DNA of 62,686 nucleotides from an uncultured Bacteroidales bacterium (GTDB taxonomy: Bacteria > Bacteroidota > Bacteroidia > Bacteroidales > UBA4417), in contig CAIWMA010000182.1 in assembly GCA_903913645.1 (NCBI GenBank), positions 1 to 62,686 on the forward strand, in the 5' to 3' direction. Positions 15,994 to 25,696 of the stretch are shown here, one piece after another. The notes beneath the pieces are model-generated. The model had not been told where the DNA came from. It was given only the letters and a program-made list of their open reading frames with translations, and did not search any database. Numbering within the stretch: the stretch's first letter is position 1; each line of letters starts with the position of its first letter. The position numbers and the translations under genes are program-made.

Positions 15994-17667
15994 ATGAAGA
16001 AAATAATATTGCTCATAGTTTCATTGATTCAGTTTACAATCCTGTTCGGGCAACAAACAGGCATGAATACTTATGTTCTGCGTTTCACTGACAAAGGCGT
16101 TAGCCCGGATTTCGTAATCAATGCTTCTTTATATCTTTCCCAAAAAGCAATTGAGCGCCGTATAAAATATCAGATTCCTGTTGATCAAACTGATTTGCCG
16201 CTCAGGGAGCAATATGTTAATGATGTTTCATCAACTGGGGCTAGGATTTTAGCACGTTCCCGCTGGTTTAATACTATCGTAATTGAAGCTGATACGAATA
16301 TGATAATTAATATATCTGCACTTTCCTGCATTTCAAAAGTTGAGCTTCTAATCTATAATAGTCAGGCTAAACGTGTTGCGTCGGAAACTTCTAGCCCATT
16401 TTTTAAAGCAGAGACTGTAAATCCCTGGCAAATTAAAATGAATGAAGGCGGACCAACTGATAAATACAATTATGGCACGGCATACAACCAGATAAATCAG
16501 CTTAAAGGTCAGTACCTGCATAATTTGGGATTTAGTGGCGAGGGTATGTTGATTGCAGTGATTGATGCAGGTTTTAGCTCGGCCGATATAATGCCTTGTT
16601 TTGATAGCCTGCGTGCAAATAAGCAGATTAAAGGCACACGCGATTTTGCGCAACTAGGCAATAATATTTATGCTACATCAATGGCTACGCATGGCACCAG
16701 CGTACTTTCGTGCATGGGAGCTAATGTTAGTGGCAAAATGGTTGGCACCGCCCCAAAGGCAGATTATTGGCTATTACGCTCCGAAGTATATGCTACTGAA
16801 TCTATTACTGAAGAGTATTTTTGGGTAAGCGCTGCCGAATTTGCTGACAGTGTTGGTGCTGATCTGATTAATTCATCGCTGGGATATACCACTTTCGACA
16901 ATGCATCTACTAATCATTCGTATTCTGATTTGAATGGAAACACAACTATGGCAACCATCGGGGCCGACAAAGCCGCTTCGAAAGGGATACTTGTTGTTAA
17001 TAGTGCAGGAAACTCTGGTGGTGCCGGATGGTGGTATATCGGATCACCAGCTGATGGTGACAGTGTTTTTACCATAGGTGCTGTAAATTCTATAGGAGTA
17101 AGGGCGAGTTTTAGCTCAGTCGGGCCAACTTCGGATGGAAGAATAAAGCCAACCGTAATGGGACAAGGCTCAGGTGCAGCATTATATTCTCCAGGAGGAC
17201 TCACAAGCGGCAGTGGAACATCATTTTCATCGCCCATTATTTGCGGTATTACAGCCTGCCTGTGGCAGGCACTTCCAGAATTGAATAATATGCAGATTAT
17301 TGATATAATCAAATCAACATCAAGCCAGGCAAGTAATCCTGACTCACTTATGGGGTGGGGAATACCGAATTACGAAACTGCTTATACAACGCTTTCAATT
17401 CGTGATCATATTGTAACAAAATCTCTTATTGTTTATCCCAATCCTGTTTACGATAAAATAACCCTGGCTTTTCCTGCTCCCATTCAAGGAAAATATAAAA
17501 TTGAAATAGTCAACATAGAAGGCACGGTTGTTTATTCGAACCATCGCTCTGAAAGCTCAGTTCATAGCATTCAGATAAACGACATTGGATCTTTACCACC
17601 GGGAATATATTTATTAAAGGTTTCTGGTGTTTCGTTAGTCTACACCGGAAAGATTATAAAAATGTAA
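15994..17667 (+). CDS. Secreted S8 (subtilisin) peptidase with T9SS C-terminal sorting domain
   Basis: Signal peptide. Catalytic contexts VIDAGF (Asp), THGTSV (His), SGTSFSSP (Ser). C-terminus YPNPVYDKITLAF...PPGIYLLKV...GKIIKM is a Por/T9SS CTD. Confidence 0.9.
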   Translation: MKKIILLIVSLIQFTILFGQQTGMNTYVLRFTDKGVSPDFVINASLYLSQKAIERRIKYQIPVDQTDLPLREQYVNDVSSTGARILARSRWFNTIVIEADTNMIINISALSCISKVELLIYNSQAKRVASETSSPFFKAETVNPWQIKMNEGGPTDKYNYGTAYNQINQLKGQYLHNLGFSGEGMLIAVIDAGFSSADIMPCFDSLRANKQIKGTRDFAQLGNNIYATSMATHGTSVLSCMGANVSGKMVGTAPKADYWLLRSEVYATESITEEYFWVSAAEFADSVGADLINSSLGYTTFDNASTNHSYSDLNGNTTMATIGADKAASKGILVVNSAGNSGGAGWWYIGSPADGDSVFTIGAVNSIGVRASFSSVGPTSDGRIKPTVMGQGSGAALYSPGGLTSGSGTSFSSPIICGITACLWQALPELNNMQIIDIIKSTSSQASNPDSLMGWGIPNYETAYTTLSIRDHIVTKSLIVYPNPVYDKITLAFPAPIQGKYKIEIVNIEGTVVYSNHRSESSVHSIQINDIGSLPPGIYLLKVSGVSLVYTGKIIKM

Positions 17668-18184
17668 TTTTGAAATTCATTTTGTCCTAAACCTGATGAA
17701 CTTTCTTCTTGGCTTAATTTTTCCAGGATAGGACACAGGTAGTATGATTTCATTTTTTTTGATCGGTTAAATCAAATTAGAAATGCCTGAAGAGGTTTTC
17801 CATTTAAATCTAAATTTTATTTCTAGAGGCTATTGATTTCAACCTCCCTATGGTTGAAAATCATTTCCCTTCGTTTCATATTCATAATACTTGAATATTA
17901 TATTTCGATTTCACTTTAATTAAATCCTTGATAACTTATTTTCTTACAATTATTTATCATTAAAAACCGCTAAGTTAACCGGATTAGAATCGAAAAAAAT
18001 ACCGATCATTCCTATTTATCCATCAAAATTTGAGAAATATTGGGTTAAGTCTGGTTAAATTCTATGCTTATATTTCAACTTCCTTAATGTTTTCGATTGA
18101 CTAGCCCAAAAAGTACGAATCACATTTTCGCTAGAAAGTAGGATTGAAGCGCAAATAATTAGTTTGATATAATCCTAGTCATAA

Positions 18185-18670
18185 GTTTACATTTATAACC
18201 TCAATAAGTATTACATAAGTAAACATGGTGGTTACATATACAAACATATGCGAATTGACAAATGTTACATAATAATTACAACTGTAATCTATGGAATTAT
18301 TATTCTATAACATGCTCAAATATAGGTATGTAAACATTTGTAAACATAAATTATTCATTATTGTGTTGACAATTGTATTTCAAAGAAATAAACAGCCAAC
18401 AACTATAGTTTTATATTATTGTATATCAGTATAATATGTGTTTTACAATTAGTATTACTTCAAGTAAATTGAGTTTTAACAATAAAAATACAAAATTGGT
18501 AAAATATAGTATTAATAACTGTATATCAACATTATACAAGTGTTATATGATTTTATAATTTAAATGTAAACTTGATGATTAGCATTTTGTGTTTTATTAT
18601 GCATAATTGATCACATTATTAAATACTAAGTATTACATTTGTAGTTCTGTTTACATAAATTAAGTTTACA
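18185..18670. promoter_or_regulatory. Cluster of GTTTAC/GTAAAC hexamers upstream of the XRE-type regulator
   Basis: GTTTAC at 18185, 18649, 18664. GTAAAC at 18219, 18330, 18340, 18566. GTTACAT variants at 18231 and 18264. A TAcaTTTG -7-like box sits at 18634-18641. Confidence 0.4.
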
Positions 18671-18671
18671 A

Positions 18672-19238
18672 ATGAAAGACAGGATCACTCTACTTATCAA
18701 AGCGAAGAATCTGACAGCTGCTCAATTTGCAGACGATATCGGGGTTCAGAAATCGAGTATTTCGCATATTATTTCCGGACGGAATAATGCCAGCCTTGAT
18801 TTTATCCAGAAAGTACTTTTAGCTTACCCGGAGGTCAATATGGATTGGCTTATGTTCGGAAAAGGTCCATTATTTAAAAGCAGTGAAACAGCTGTCAAAG
18901 TCAATACTGACGAAAGTTTGAGCGCTGTTCAGGCAGTTGATTTAACGCATGTGGATCTGTTTTCTGAACTGATGCCCACAAAAGGTATTGATTTTCGCAA
19001 GGAAAATGACTTGAGCCCTGAGGCTAAATCAGAGCCAAACAAGAATAATGAGGACGATGAAATTATAGATCCAGCTCCTTCAATTAAAAACAAGGAGCAG
19101 AATTCAGAAGAATTTCTAACCAGGAAAACGGATAATGTGGTAATCAGTTCCGGGCACAAAGAAAACATTACGAAAACAATATTGAAAATCGTAGAATTTT
19201 ATTCGGACAATACGTACAGGGAATTTTTCCCAGAGTAA
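18672..19238 (+). CDS. XRE-family helix-turn-helix regulator
   Basis: N-terminal HTH LTAAQFADDIGVQKSSISHIISGRNNASLDFIQKV...MDWLMFGKGP. The C-terminal half is low-complexity. Confidence 0.85.
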   Translation: MKDRITLLIKAKNLTAAQFADDIGVQKSSISHIISGRNNASLDFIQKVLLAYPEVNMDWLMFGKGPLFKSSETAVKVNTDESLSAVQAVDLTHVDLFSELMPTKGIDFRKENDLSPEAKSEPNKNNEDDEIIDPAPSIKNKEQNSEEFLTRKTDNVVISSGHKENITKTILKIVEFYSDNTYREFFPE

Positions 19239-19658
19239 TTAAGGTCTGTCGAAATGTGAAAAGAAGAAATTGGATTCGATTAGCGCATTTTCATCGCTGT
19301 CTGATCCATGAACTGCATTTCGTTCGATAGAGGTCGCAAAAAGTTTACGAACTGTTCCATCGGCAGCATCTGCAGGATTGGTTGATCCGATAAGTTTACG
19401 GAAGTCTTCAACAGCATTTTCCTTTTCCAAAACAGCTGCAACAATAGGCCCTGATGACATAAAAGCTACTAGTCCGTTAAAGAATGGTCTGGCGCTGTGT
19501 ACGGAATAAAAAGCTTCTGCATCTTCCTTGTGCAAATGAGTAAGCCTTAAGGCTTTGATTTTGAATCCGTTCTCAATAAATTTTTGAAGAATCAGACCTG
19601 TATAACCTGCTTCAAATGCATCAGGTTTGATCATTGTGAATGTTGTAATTCCAGACAT
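19239..19658 (-). CDS. ndk: Nucleoside-diphosphate kinase
   Basis: 139 aa: TFTMIKPDA..., NAVHGSDS catalytic His context. Confidence 0.95.
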   Translation of the reverse strand: MSGITTFTMIKPDAFEAGYTGLILQKFIENGFKIKALRLTHLHKEDAEAFYSVHSARPFFNGLVAFMSSGPIVAAVLEKENAVEDFRKLIGSTNPADAADGTVRKLFATSIERNAVHGSDSDENALIESNFFFSHFDRP

Positions 19659-19771
19659 ATTGCTTTAAAATTGTATTCCATACAAAGATAAGTTAATATT
19701 TATTAACGAGATCAACATAAAGGTTAAAATGGTAAATTTGCAAAAAATTAAACTTAGTTAATATACACATC

Positions 19772-20809
19772 TTGGGAATTCCAGAATCTTCCATTTCTTA
19801 CCTGATAAAACTCCTCGAAGAAAAGTCGGATGTACTTATCACTACACATTATAATCCTGATGGAGATGCAATAGGTTCCTCACTGGCATTGTATCATTTT
19901 CTTTCTTCACAGGGTATTAAGTCAAAAGTGTTGATACCGAATGAGCTGCCATCGTTTTTGCAGTGGCTTCCGGGAGTAAAGGATGCAATTATTTACGCTG
20001 AAAATACTGTTCTTGGCGACGCTTTACTTACTTCAGCCGATCTTATATTTTGCATGGATTATAACGGACTTGGGCGGGTTAAACTCTTTACCGAACAGCT
20101 TAAGACATCCACTGCAACCCGCATTCTTATAGATCATCATATACAACCTGAGAATGAATTTGACCTTACCTTTTCAGTAGTTGGGGTTTCATCTACTTCG
20201 GAATTGTTATACCAGATTATTTCTGAAGCCGGACTCATTGCATCACTTACGAAAGAAATGGCCGAATGCTTTTTTGTTGGCATTATGACAGATACCGGTT
20301 CGTTTAGTTTCGCTTGTAATCGTCCTGAAACCTTTGTGATTGCTTCTGATCTTATCCGAACCGGGATGGATGTTGAAAAGGTCCATCGAATGGTTTATGA
20401 TACTTATTCCGAAAGTCGCATGAGGTTGCTAGGTCATTGCCTGAGTTCCAATATGAAAGTTTTGCCTGAATATGCAACTGCTTACATCTGGCTTACCATG
20501 GAGGATCTTGAAAAATATGATTACCAGCAGGGTGATACCGAAGGCGTTGTAAATTATGCTCTTAGCATTCAGAATGTGGCGGTAGCGGCATTATTTACAG
20601 AACGTGGCGACAGGGTAAGAGTGTCATTACGCAGCAAAGGTGAATTTTCGGTGAATGAATTTGCCCGCGCCCACTTTAATGGTGGTGGCCATCGTAATGC
20701 CGCAGGAGGAGATATCTTTAAGAACATGCCCGAAACGCTTGACTGGTTCGAATCATTGTTACCACCATACAGTGCCGAAATTCATAAATCACTTGCTAAC
20801 TATAAATAA
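19772..20809 (+). CDS. DHH/DHHA1 phosphoesterase (NrnA-like oligoribonuclease / pAp phosphatase)
   Basis: HYNPDGDAIGS, LIDHH, MTDTGSF, GGGHRNAAGG motifs. The start is uncertain (TTG at 19772). Confidence 0.85.
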   Translation: MGIPESSISYLIKLLEEKSDVLITTHYNPDGDAIGSSLALYHFLSSQGIKSKVLIPNELPSFLQWLPGVKDAIIYAENTVLGDALLTSADLIFCMDYNGLGRVKLFTEQLKTSTATRILIDHHIQPENEFDLTFSVVGVSSTSELLYQIISEAGLIASLTKEMAECFFVGIMTDTGSFSFACNRPETFVIASDLIRTGMDVEKVHRMVYDTYSESRMRLLGHCLSSNMKVLPEYATAYIWLTMEDLEKYDYQQGDTEGVVNYALSIQNVAVAALFTERGDRVRVSLRSKGEFSVNEFARAHFNGGGHRNAAGGDIFKNMPETLDWFESLLPPYSAEIHKSLANYK

Positions 20810-20818
20810 GTTTGAAGC

Positions 20819-21349
20819 ATGATTTATAAAATCCATCTTATTCTTTTTATTTTGATGCTGGGTTTACAATCCTGTGGTAATAAAAAAGATGCAGTTGAAA
20901 TGAATAACTTAAGTCAGGATCAGGTTACTGAAAAGTTGTTGGAAGCCAATAAAGCAGCAATTGAATTTGAAAATAAACAGATTGATAAATTGATAGCCGG
21001 TTCAGGTTGGAATATGCTAGAAACGCCTACAGGACTTAGGTATGAGATCCTTGAAAAAGGAAACGGACCGAAGGCTGAAACCGGGAAAATAGCCAGGTTG
21101 GAATATGAAACTAAGCTTCTAAACGGAAAAATAATATATAGTTCCGTGCAAACAGGTGCAAAAGAATTCAGGATAGGAAGCGGCGGTGTTGAAAGTGGTC
21201 TCGAAGAGGGAATACTGCTTCTTCGTCAAGGAGATAAAGCCAGGTTTGTTATTCCTTCATTCCTCGCGCATGGATTATCTGGTGACCAGGATCGTATTCC
21301 GCCAAAAGCAACTCTAATTTACACCTTGAAACTCATTGAATTAAAATAA
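20819..21349 (+). CDS. FKBP-type peptidyl-prolyl isomerase lipoprotein
   Basis: Lipobox LGLQSC. FKBP domain ...FRIGSGGVESGLEEGILLLRQGDKARFVIPSFLAHG. Confidence 0.9.
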   Translation: MIYKIHLILFILMLGLQSCGNKKDAVEMNNLSQDQVTEKLLEANKAAIEFENKQIDKLIAGSGWNMLETPTGLRYEILEKGNGPKAETGKIARLEYETKLLNGKIIYSSVQTGAKEFRIGSGGVESGLEEGILLLRQGDKARFVIPSFLAHGLSGDQDRIPPKATLIYTLKLIELK

Positions 21350-21383
21350 ATTAACCATAATTAAAATTAACTGAAACACTAAA

Positions 21384-22751
21384 ATGAAAATGAAAATCAG
21401 AACAATTATCACTTTGGGAGCAGTAATCGCAATGATTGTGATTACCTCATGCTCAAAATACCCTGGATTTAAAAAATCGGAAAGCGGTATTTTTTACAAA
21501 TATTATGTGGAAAGTAAGGATACCACAAAGGTTAGAGAAGGAAGTATTCTTACAATGAACATCAAATACAGGTTGAAGATTGCAGGCAAAGACTCTGTTT
21601 TATTCAATTCCGCTACAATGCCAAAAGCTTTTGAAATAAGCCAGGCAAAATCAGAATTTAAAGGTGATGTTTTTGAAGCTTTTTCAATGCTCCATAAAGG
21701 AGACAGTGCTTCATTTATAGTTAATGCAAAAGATTTTTTCCTGAAAACAGCTAAATACCCACAATTACCTCCGGGAATTGATAGTACTACGGTTATGTAT
21801 TTTGATGTGAAACTGTTGAATTGTGAGACATTGGCCGCACGCCAAAAAGCTGAAATGATCAAAGCCGAAAAATTTAAAAGTGAAGAACCGGTAAAAATTC
21901 AGGCTTATATCGCAAAGAACAAAATTACTGTTGCACCATCAGATTCAGGAGTTTATGTGATAACACAAAACGCAGGATCAGGACGTGGCATCGTTAAAGG
22001 TGATTTCGTAAAAATTAACCTTGTCGTTTCCAACACAGAAGGCAAGAAAATTTTCTCAACGCTGGATCAGAACAAACCCATCAGCTTCGAATATGGCAAG
22101 CCTTTTGATACCAGAGGATTCGATGAAGCTATCTCAAAAATGAAGAAAGGCAGTAAGGCAACTGTTTTAGTTCCTTCTTCCATGGGTTTTGGACCTCAAG
22201 GGAAAAAAGATATGAGCGGACAGGATATTATCTCTCCATACTCACCGGTTGTTTACGACATCGAAGTACTAGACCTGAAAACCAAAGCTGAAAACGAAAA
22301 AGCCGCCAAAGAAGATGAATTGGCTAAAAAGAAAGTTGCAGCTGAAGGCCAGGCAAAAGAACCTTTAATTATTCAACAATACATAAAGGATAATAAAATA
22401 ACTGCTAAACCTACTGCCAGCGGTCTTTATTATATCGAAAAAGTAGCAGGTAAAGGTCCAAAAGCAAAGGCAGGCAATAAAGTAAAAGTGCACTACACAC
22501 TTAAACTTACGAATGGAAAAGTACTAGAATCATCTCTTGACAAAAAACCTGCAACTCCTTATGAATTCCCTTTGGGCCAGGGCCAGGTTATTCCAGGTTG
22601 GGATGAAGGCATTGCATTGATGAGTGCCGGTGGCAAAGCTACCCTCATTATACCTTCGAAATTGGGTTATGGTGCGCAAGGTTCAGGAAACATACCAGGT
22701 TATACACCATTGGTTTTTGATGTTGAACTCGTTAGCATCAGCGCTAAATAG
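21384..22751 (+). CDS. Multi-domain FKBP-type peptidyl-prolyl isomerase lipoprotein
   Basis: 455 aa, lipobox ITSCS, three FKBP-like segments. The last is canonical: FPLGQGQVIPGWDEGIALMSAGGKATLIIPSKLGYG. Confidence 0.85.
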   Translation: MKMKIRTIITLGAVIAMIVITSCSKYPGFKKSESGIFYKYYVESKDTTKVREGSILTMNIKYRLKIAGKDSVLFNSATMPKAFEISQAKSEFKGDVFEAFSMLHKGDSASFIVNAKDFFLKTAKYPQLPPGIDSTTVMYFDVKLLNCETLAARQKAEMIKAEKFKSEEPVKIQAYIAKNKITVAPSDSGVYVITQNAGSGRGIVKGDFVKINLVVSNTEGKKIFSTLDQNKPISFEYGKPFDTRGFDEAISKMKKGSKATVLVPSSMGFGPQGKKDMSGQDIISPYSPVVYDIEVLDLKTKAENEKAAKEDELAKKKVAAEGQAKEPLIIQQYIKDNKITAKPTASGLYYIEKVAGKGPKAKAGNKVKVHYTLKLTNGKVLESSLDKKPATPYEFPLGQGQVIPGWDEGIALMSAGGKATLIIPSKLGYGAQGSGNIPGYTPLVFDVELVSISAK

Positions 22752-22767
22752 AGATTGAATAAGGAAT

Positions 22768-22806
22768 AAAAAAAATGAGGTTCCAGCTGGGACCTCATTT
22801 TTTTTT
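22768..22806. terminator. Bidirectional intrinsic terminator between convergent genes
   Basis: An A-run, then an 11-bp stem 22775-22784 / 22789-22798 (ATGAGGTTCC...GGGACCTCAT), then T9. It overlaps the stop codon of the - strand gene. Confidence 0.7.
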
Positions 22807-23610
22807 GCTTTGGGCGATAAAATGAGGATTCAGCAGCGAAGACTTGTTATATTCAACAGGTAATCCATTCTCAACCTGGTTTACAGAACAACACGCAAAC
22901 CTGGCAACTGCATGTCCTGCACCGGTATCCCATTCCATGGTTGGTCCGAACCGAGGATATATATCAGCACTACCTTCGGCCAGGGAACAAAACTTTAATG
23001 AACTGCCTCGTGAAATAAAGGAAAGATCCGGATGAGTTAGTTTCAAATCATTGATAAAGGATTCAGTTTCAATATTCATATGCGACCTGCTTCCAAGTAC
23101 AAGATAACCATCTGCCCTGGAAATACATGGAAGCTTCTCCACAAGGTTTTCTATATCGTTGAAATTCGTAAGATCATTATTATTTAAGTGAGCAACGTTC
23201 AGCCTGAATGAGCCTGTTTCACTGCCCCAGTATATAAAGCCGGGAACTGGAGCATATACAACACCAAATGAAGGTTGACGGTTAGTGATCAGCGCAATAT
23301 TTACCGTAAAATCGCCATTTTTCTTGATAAACTCTTTTGTGCCATCAAGAGGATCAATCAACCAGAAATCGTTCCAGTGTTTTCGGATATCGTAACTGGT
23401 TTGTGCACCTTCTTCGCTCAATATCGGCAATCCAGTTTCCAAAAGGCTTTCAAAAATGATAGTATGAGCTGTTTTATCAGCAATAGTCAACGGACTATTA
23501 TCAGATTTTAGTTCAACCTCAAAAGGTTGCTGGTAAATATCCATAATCGCTTTTCCAGCTCTTAACGCTGTTTGCAATACTTTCCCAGTAAGTTCTGCCG
23601 TAAACTCCAT
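22795..23610 (-). CDS. cysQ: 3'(2'),5'-bisphosphate nucleotidase (inositol monophosphatase family)
   Basis: 271 aa. ILSEEG..., WLIDPLDGTKEF, WDTGAGHAV motifs. Confidence 0.75.
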   Translation of the reverse strand: MEFTAELTGKVLQTALRAGKAIMDIYQQPFEVELKSDNSPLTIADKTAHTIIFESLLETGLPILSEEGAQTSYDIRKHWNDFWLIDPLDGTKEFIKKNGDFTVNIALITNRQPSFGVVYAPVPGFIYWGSETGSFRLNVAHLNNNDLTNFNDIENLVEKLPCISRADGYLVLGSRSHMNIETESFINDLKLTHPDLSFISRGSSLKFCSLAEGSADIYPRFGPTMEWDTGAGHAVARFACCSVNQVENGLPVEYNKSSLLNPHFIAQSKKK

Positions 23611-23611
23611 T

Positions 23612-25660
23612 TTATTTACCTTTTTTCCTGTTATCTATCAATTCCTTGTAGCCAAGCATTTCGTCGCGCAAACGGGCTGCTTCAATAAAATCGAGTTCTT
23701 TTGCTGCTTTCTCCATCGATTTCCTGGATTGGTCATAGAACTTTTTTAGCTGCTCGTCATTCAGGTATTTTACAACTGGATCGGCAGCGGTACTGATGGT
23801 CTCTTTTTCAACATACGCCTTTGGATCGGTGGTTTTGTATTCAATTGAACCTGAAAGACCTGATGCTTCAATACTTTTAATGATCTGGGTAGGAGTGATG
23901 TTATACTTTAGATTGTAAGCTATCTGAATGGCTCGTTTCCGGTTTGTTTCATCAATGGTCCTTTGCATGGAATAGGTCATTTTATCAGCATAAAATATAA
24001 CCTTGCTGTTGATATTCCTGGCAGCCCGCCCGGCTGTTTGTGTAAGCGATTTTTCAGACCGTAAAAATCCTTCCTTATCGGCATCCAGAATGGCAACAAG
24101 CGAAACTTCCGGTAAATCAAGCCCTTCGCGCAAAAGGTTTACGCCAATTAACACGTCGATGGAACCGAGGCGAAGGTCGCGAAGGATTTCAACCCTGTCG
24201 AGTGTATCAACTTCCGAATGAATGTATTTACAACGGATTCCAAGCCTAAGCATGTATTTCGAAAGTTCTTCTGCCATCCGTTTGGTAAGCGTGGTAACAA
24301 GTATGCGCTCGTTTTTTACTGTTCTGAGTTCAATTTCATTAAGCAGATCATCAATCTGGTTAAGACTTGGCTTAACTTCAATCTGTGGATCCAGTAACCC
24401 GGTTGGCCTGATAAGCTGCTCAACAACAACGCCTTCCGATTGATTAAGTTCATAATCCGATGGAGTTGCTGTTACATAAATAACCTGGCTCAAAAGTGTC
24501 TCGAATTCTTCAAATTTCAACGGGCGGTTATCAAGTGCTGACGGAAGTCTGAATCCATATTCCACCAGGTTTTGTTTCCGCGAACGGTCGCCACCGTACA
24601 TTGCCCTGATTTGAGGCACTGTGGCATGACTTTCGTCGATTACCATAAGAAAGTCGGATGGGAAGAAATCAATCAGGCAGAACGGCCTGGAACCTGAAGT
24701 ACGCCCATCAAAATACCTGCTATAGTTTTCAATGCCAGAACAATATCCAAGCTCACGCATCATTTCAATGTCATATGTAACACGCTCTTCCAGTCTTTTC
24801 GCTTCAAGATGACGTCCGATTTCTTTAAAATAATCCACCTGTTTCACCATATCTGCCTGTATCTCCCAAATGGCTTCCTTCATTTTCTCTTTGGAAGTAA
24901 CAAAGATGTTGGCAGGAAATACCGTAATTTCTTCAAGTGTTTCTATGGAAAGGCCGCTTAATGGATCAAAAGATGATAAACTTTCAATCTCATCACCATA
25001 AAAGATGATTCGGTAAGCGATATCAGCTGAGGCAGGGTACACATCAACAGTGTCTCCTTTCACACGGAATTTTCCGCGGGTAAGGTCAAATTCGTTGCGG
25101 GAATATAAACTTTCGACAAGCGCATTTAATAATTTGTTCCTGCTCAGTTTATCGCCTTTCGCAATATGAATCACTTTATTGTTAAAATCATCGGGATTAC
25201 CGATGCCATAAATGCATGAAACAGAAGCTACAACAATTACATCACGGCGTCCTGACAGTAAAGCCGATGTTGCGCTCAAGCGTAATTTCTCTATTTCTTC
25301 GTTAATCGAAAGGTCTTTTTCAATGTACGTATTGGTAACCGGGATAAACGCTTCAGGCTGATAATAATCGTAGTATGATATAAAAAATTCTACAGAATTT
25401 TCGGGAAAAAATTGCTTGAATTCACTGTACAACTGGGCTGCCAGGGTTTTGTTATGACTTAGAACCAAGGTTGGACGCTGTACCTGCTGAATTAAATTGG
25501 CTATCGAAAATGTTTTACCCGATCCGGTAACACCGAGCAGAACCTGGGCATGGTCGCCTCTTACAACTCCTTCGGTCAGCTGCTTAATAGCTTCTGGCTG
25601 ATCGCCGGTTGGCACATATTCGGATGTTAGTTTGAATTGCATTGGGTATTGTATATTCAA
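23612..25660 (-). CDS. uvrB: Excinuclease ABC subunit B
   Basis: 682 aa. GVTGSGKT Walker A, DESH, helicase C motifs, C-terminal UVR domain (FIEAARLRDEM). Confidence 0.97.
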   Translation of the reverse strand: MNIQYPMQFKLTSEYVPTGDQPEAIKQLTEGVVRGDHAQVLLGVTGSGKTFSIANLIQQVQRPTLVLSHNKTLAAQLYSEFKQFFPENSVEFFISYYDYYQPEAFIPVTNTYIEKDLSINEEIEKLRLSATSALLSGRRDVIVVASVSCIYGIGNPDDFNNKVIHIAKGDKLSRNKLLNALVESLYSRNEFDLTRGKFRVKGDTVDVYPASADIAYRIIFYGDEIESLSSFDPLSGLSIETLEEITVFPANIFVTSKEKMKEAIWEIQADMVKQVDYFKEIGRHLEAKRLEERVTYDIEMMRELGYCSGIENYSRYFDGRTSGSRPFCLIDFFPSDFLMVIDESHATVPQIRAMYGGDRSRKQNLVEYGFRLPSALDNRPLKFEEFETLLSQVIYVTATPSDYELNQSEGVVVEQLIRPTGLLDPQIEVKPSLNQIDDLLNEIELRTVKNERILVTTLTKRMAEELSKYMLRLGIRCKYIHSEVDTLDRVEILRDLRLGSIDVLIGVNLLREGLDLPEVSLVAILDADKEGFLRSEKSLTQTAGRAARNINSKVIFYADKMTYSMQRTIDETNRKRAIQIAYNLKYNITPTQIIKSIEASGLSGSIEYKTTDPKAYVEKETISTAADPVVKYLNDEQLKKFYDQSRKSMEKAAKELDFIEAARLRDEMLGYKELIDNRKKGK

Positions 25661-25696
25661 ATCGTGTATTAAACTTTGTTCCTTTTAACGTAACAA

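Noticed and set aside
17668-18671. Chromosomal replication origin (oriC) in the AT-rich gap
   Set aside because: I saw only one DnaA-box-like string (TTATCCATCA near 18015). There is no dnaA, dnaN or other origin-linked gene nearby. The repeated motif is GTTTAC, not a DnaA box.
19236-19241. Convergent XRE-regulator and ndk genes with directly abutting stop codons and no terminator between them
   Set aside because: It is real in the sequence, but tight convergent junctions are common in compact genomes. Nothing here suggests function beyond possible antisense read-through.
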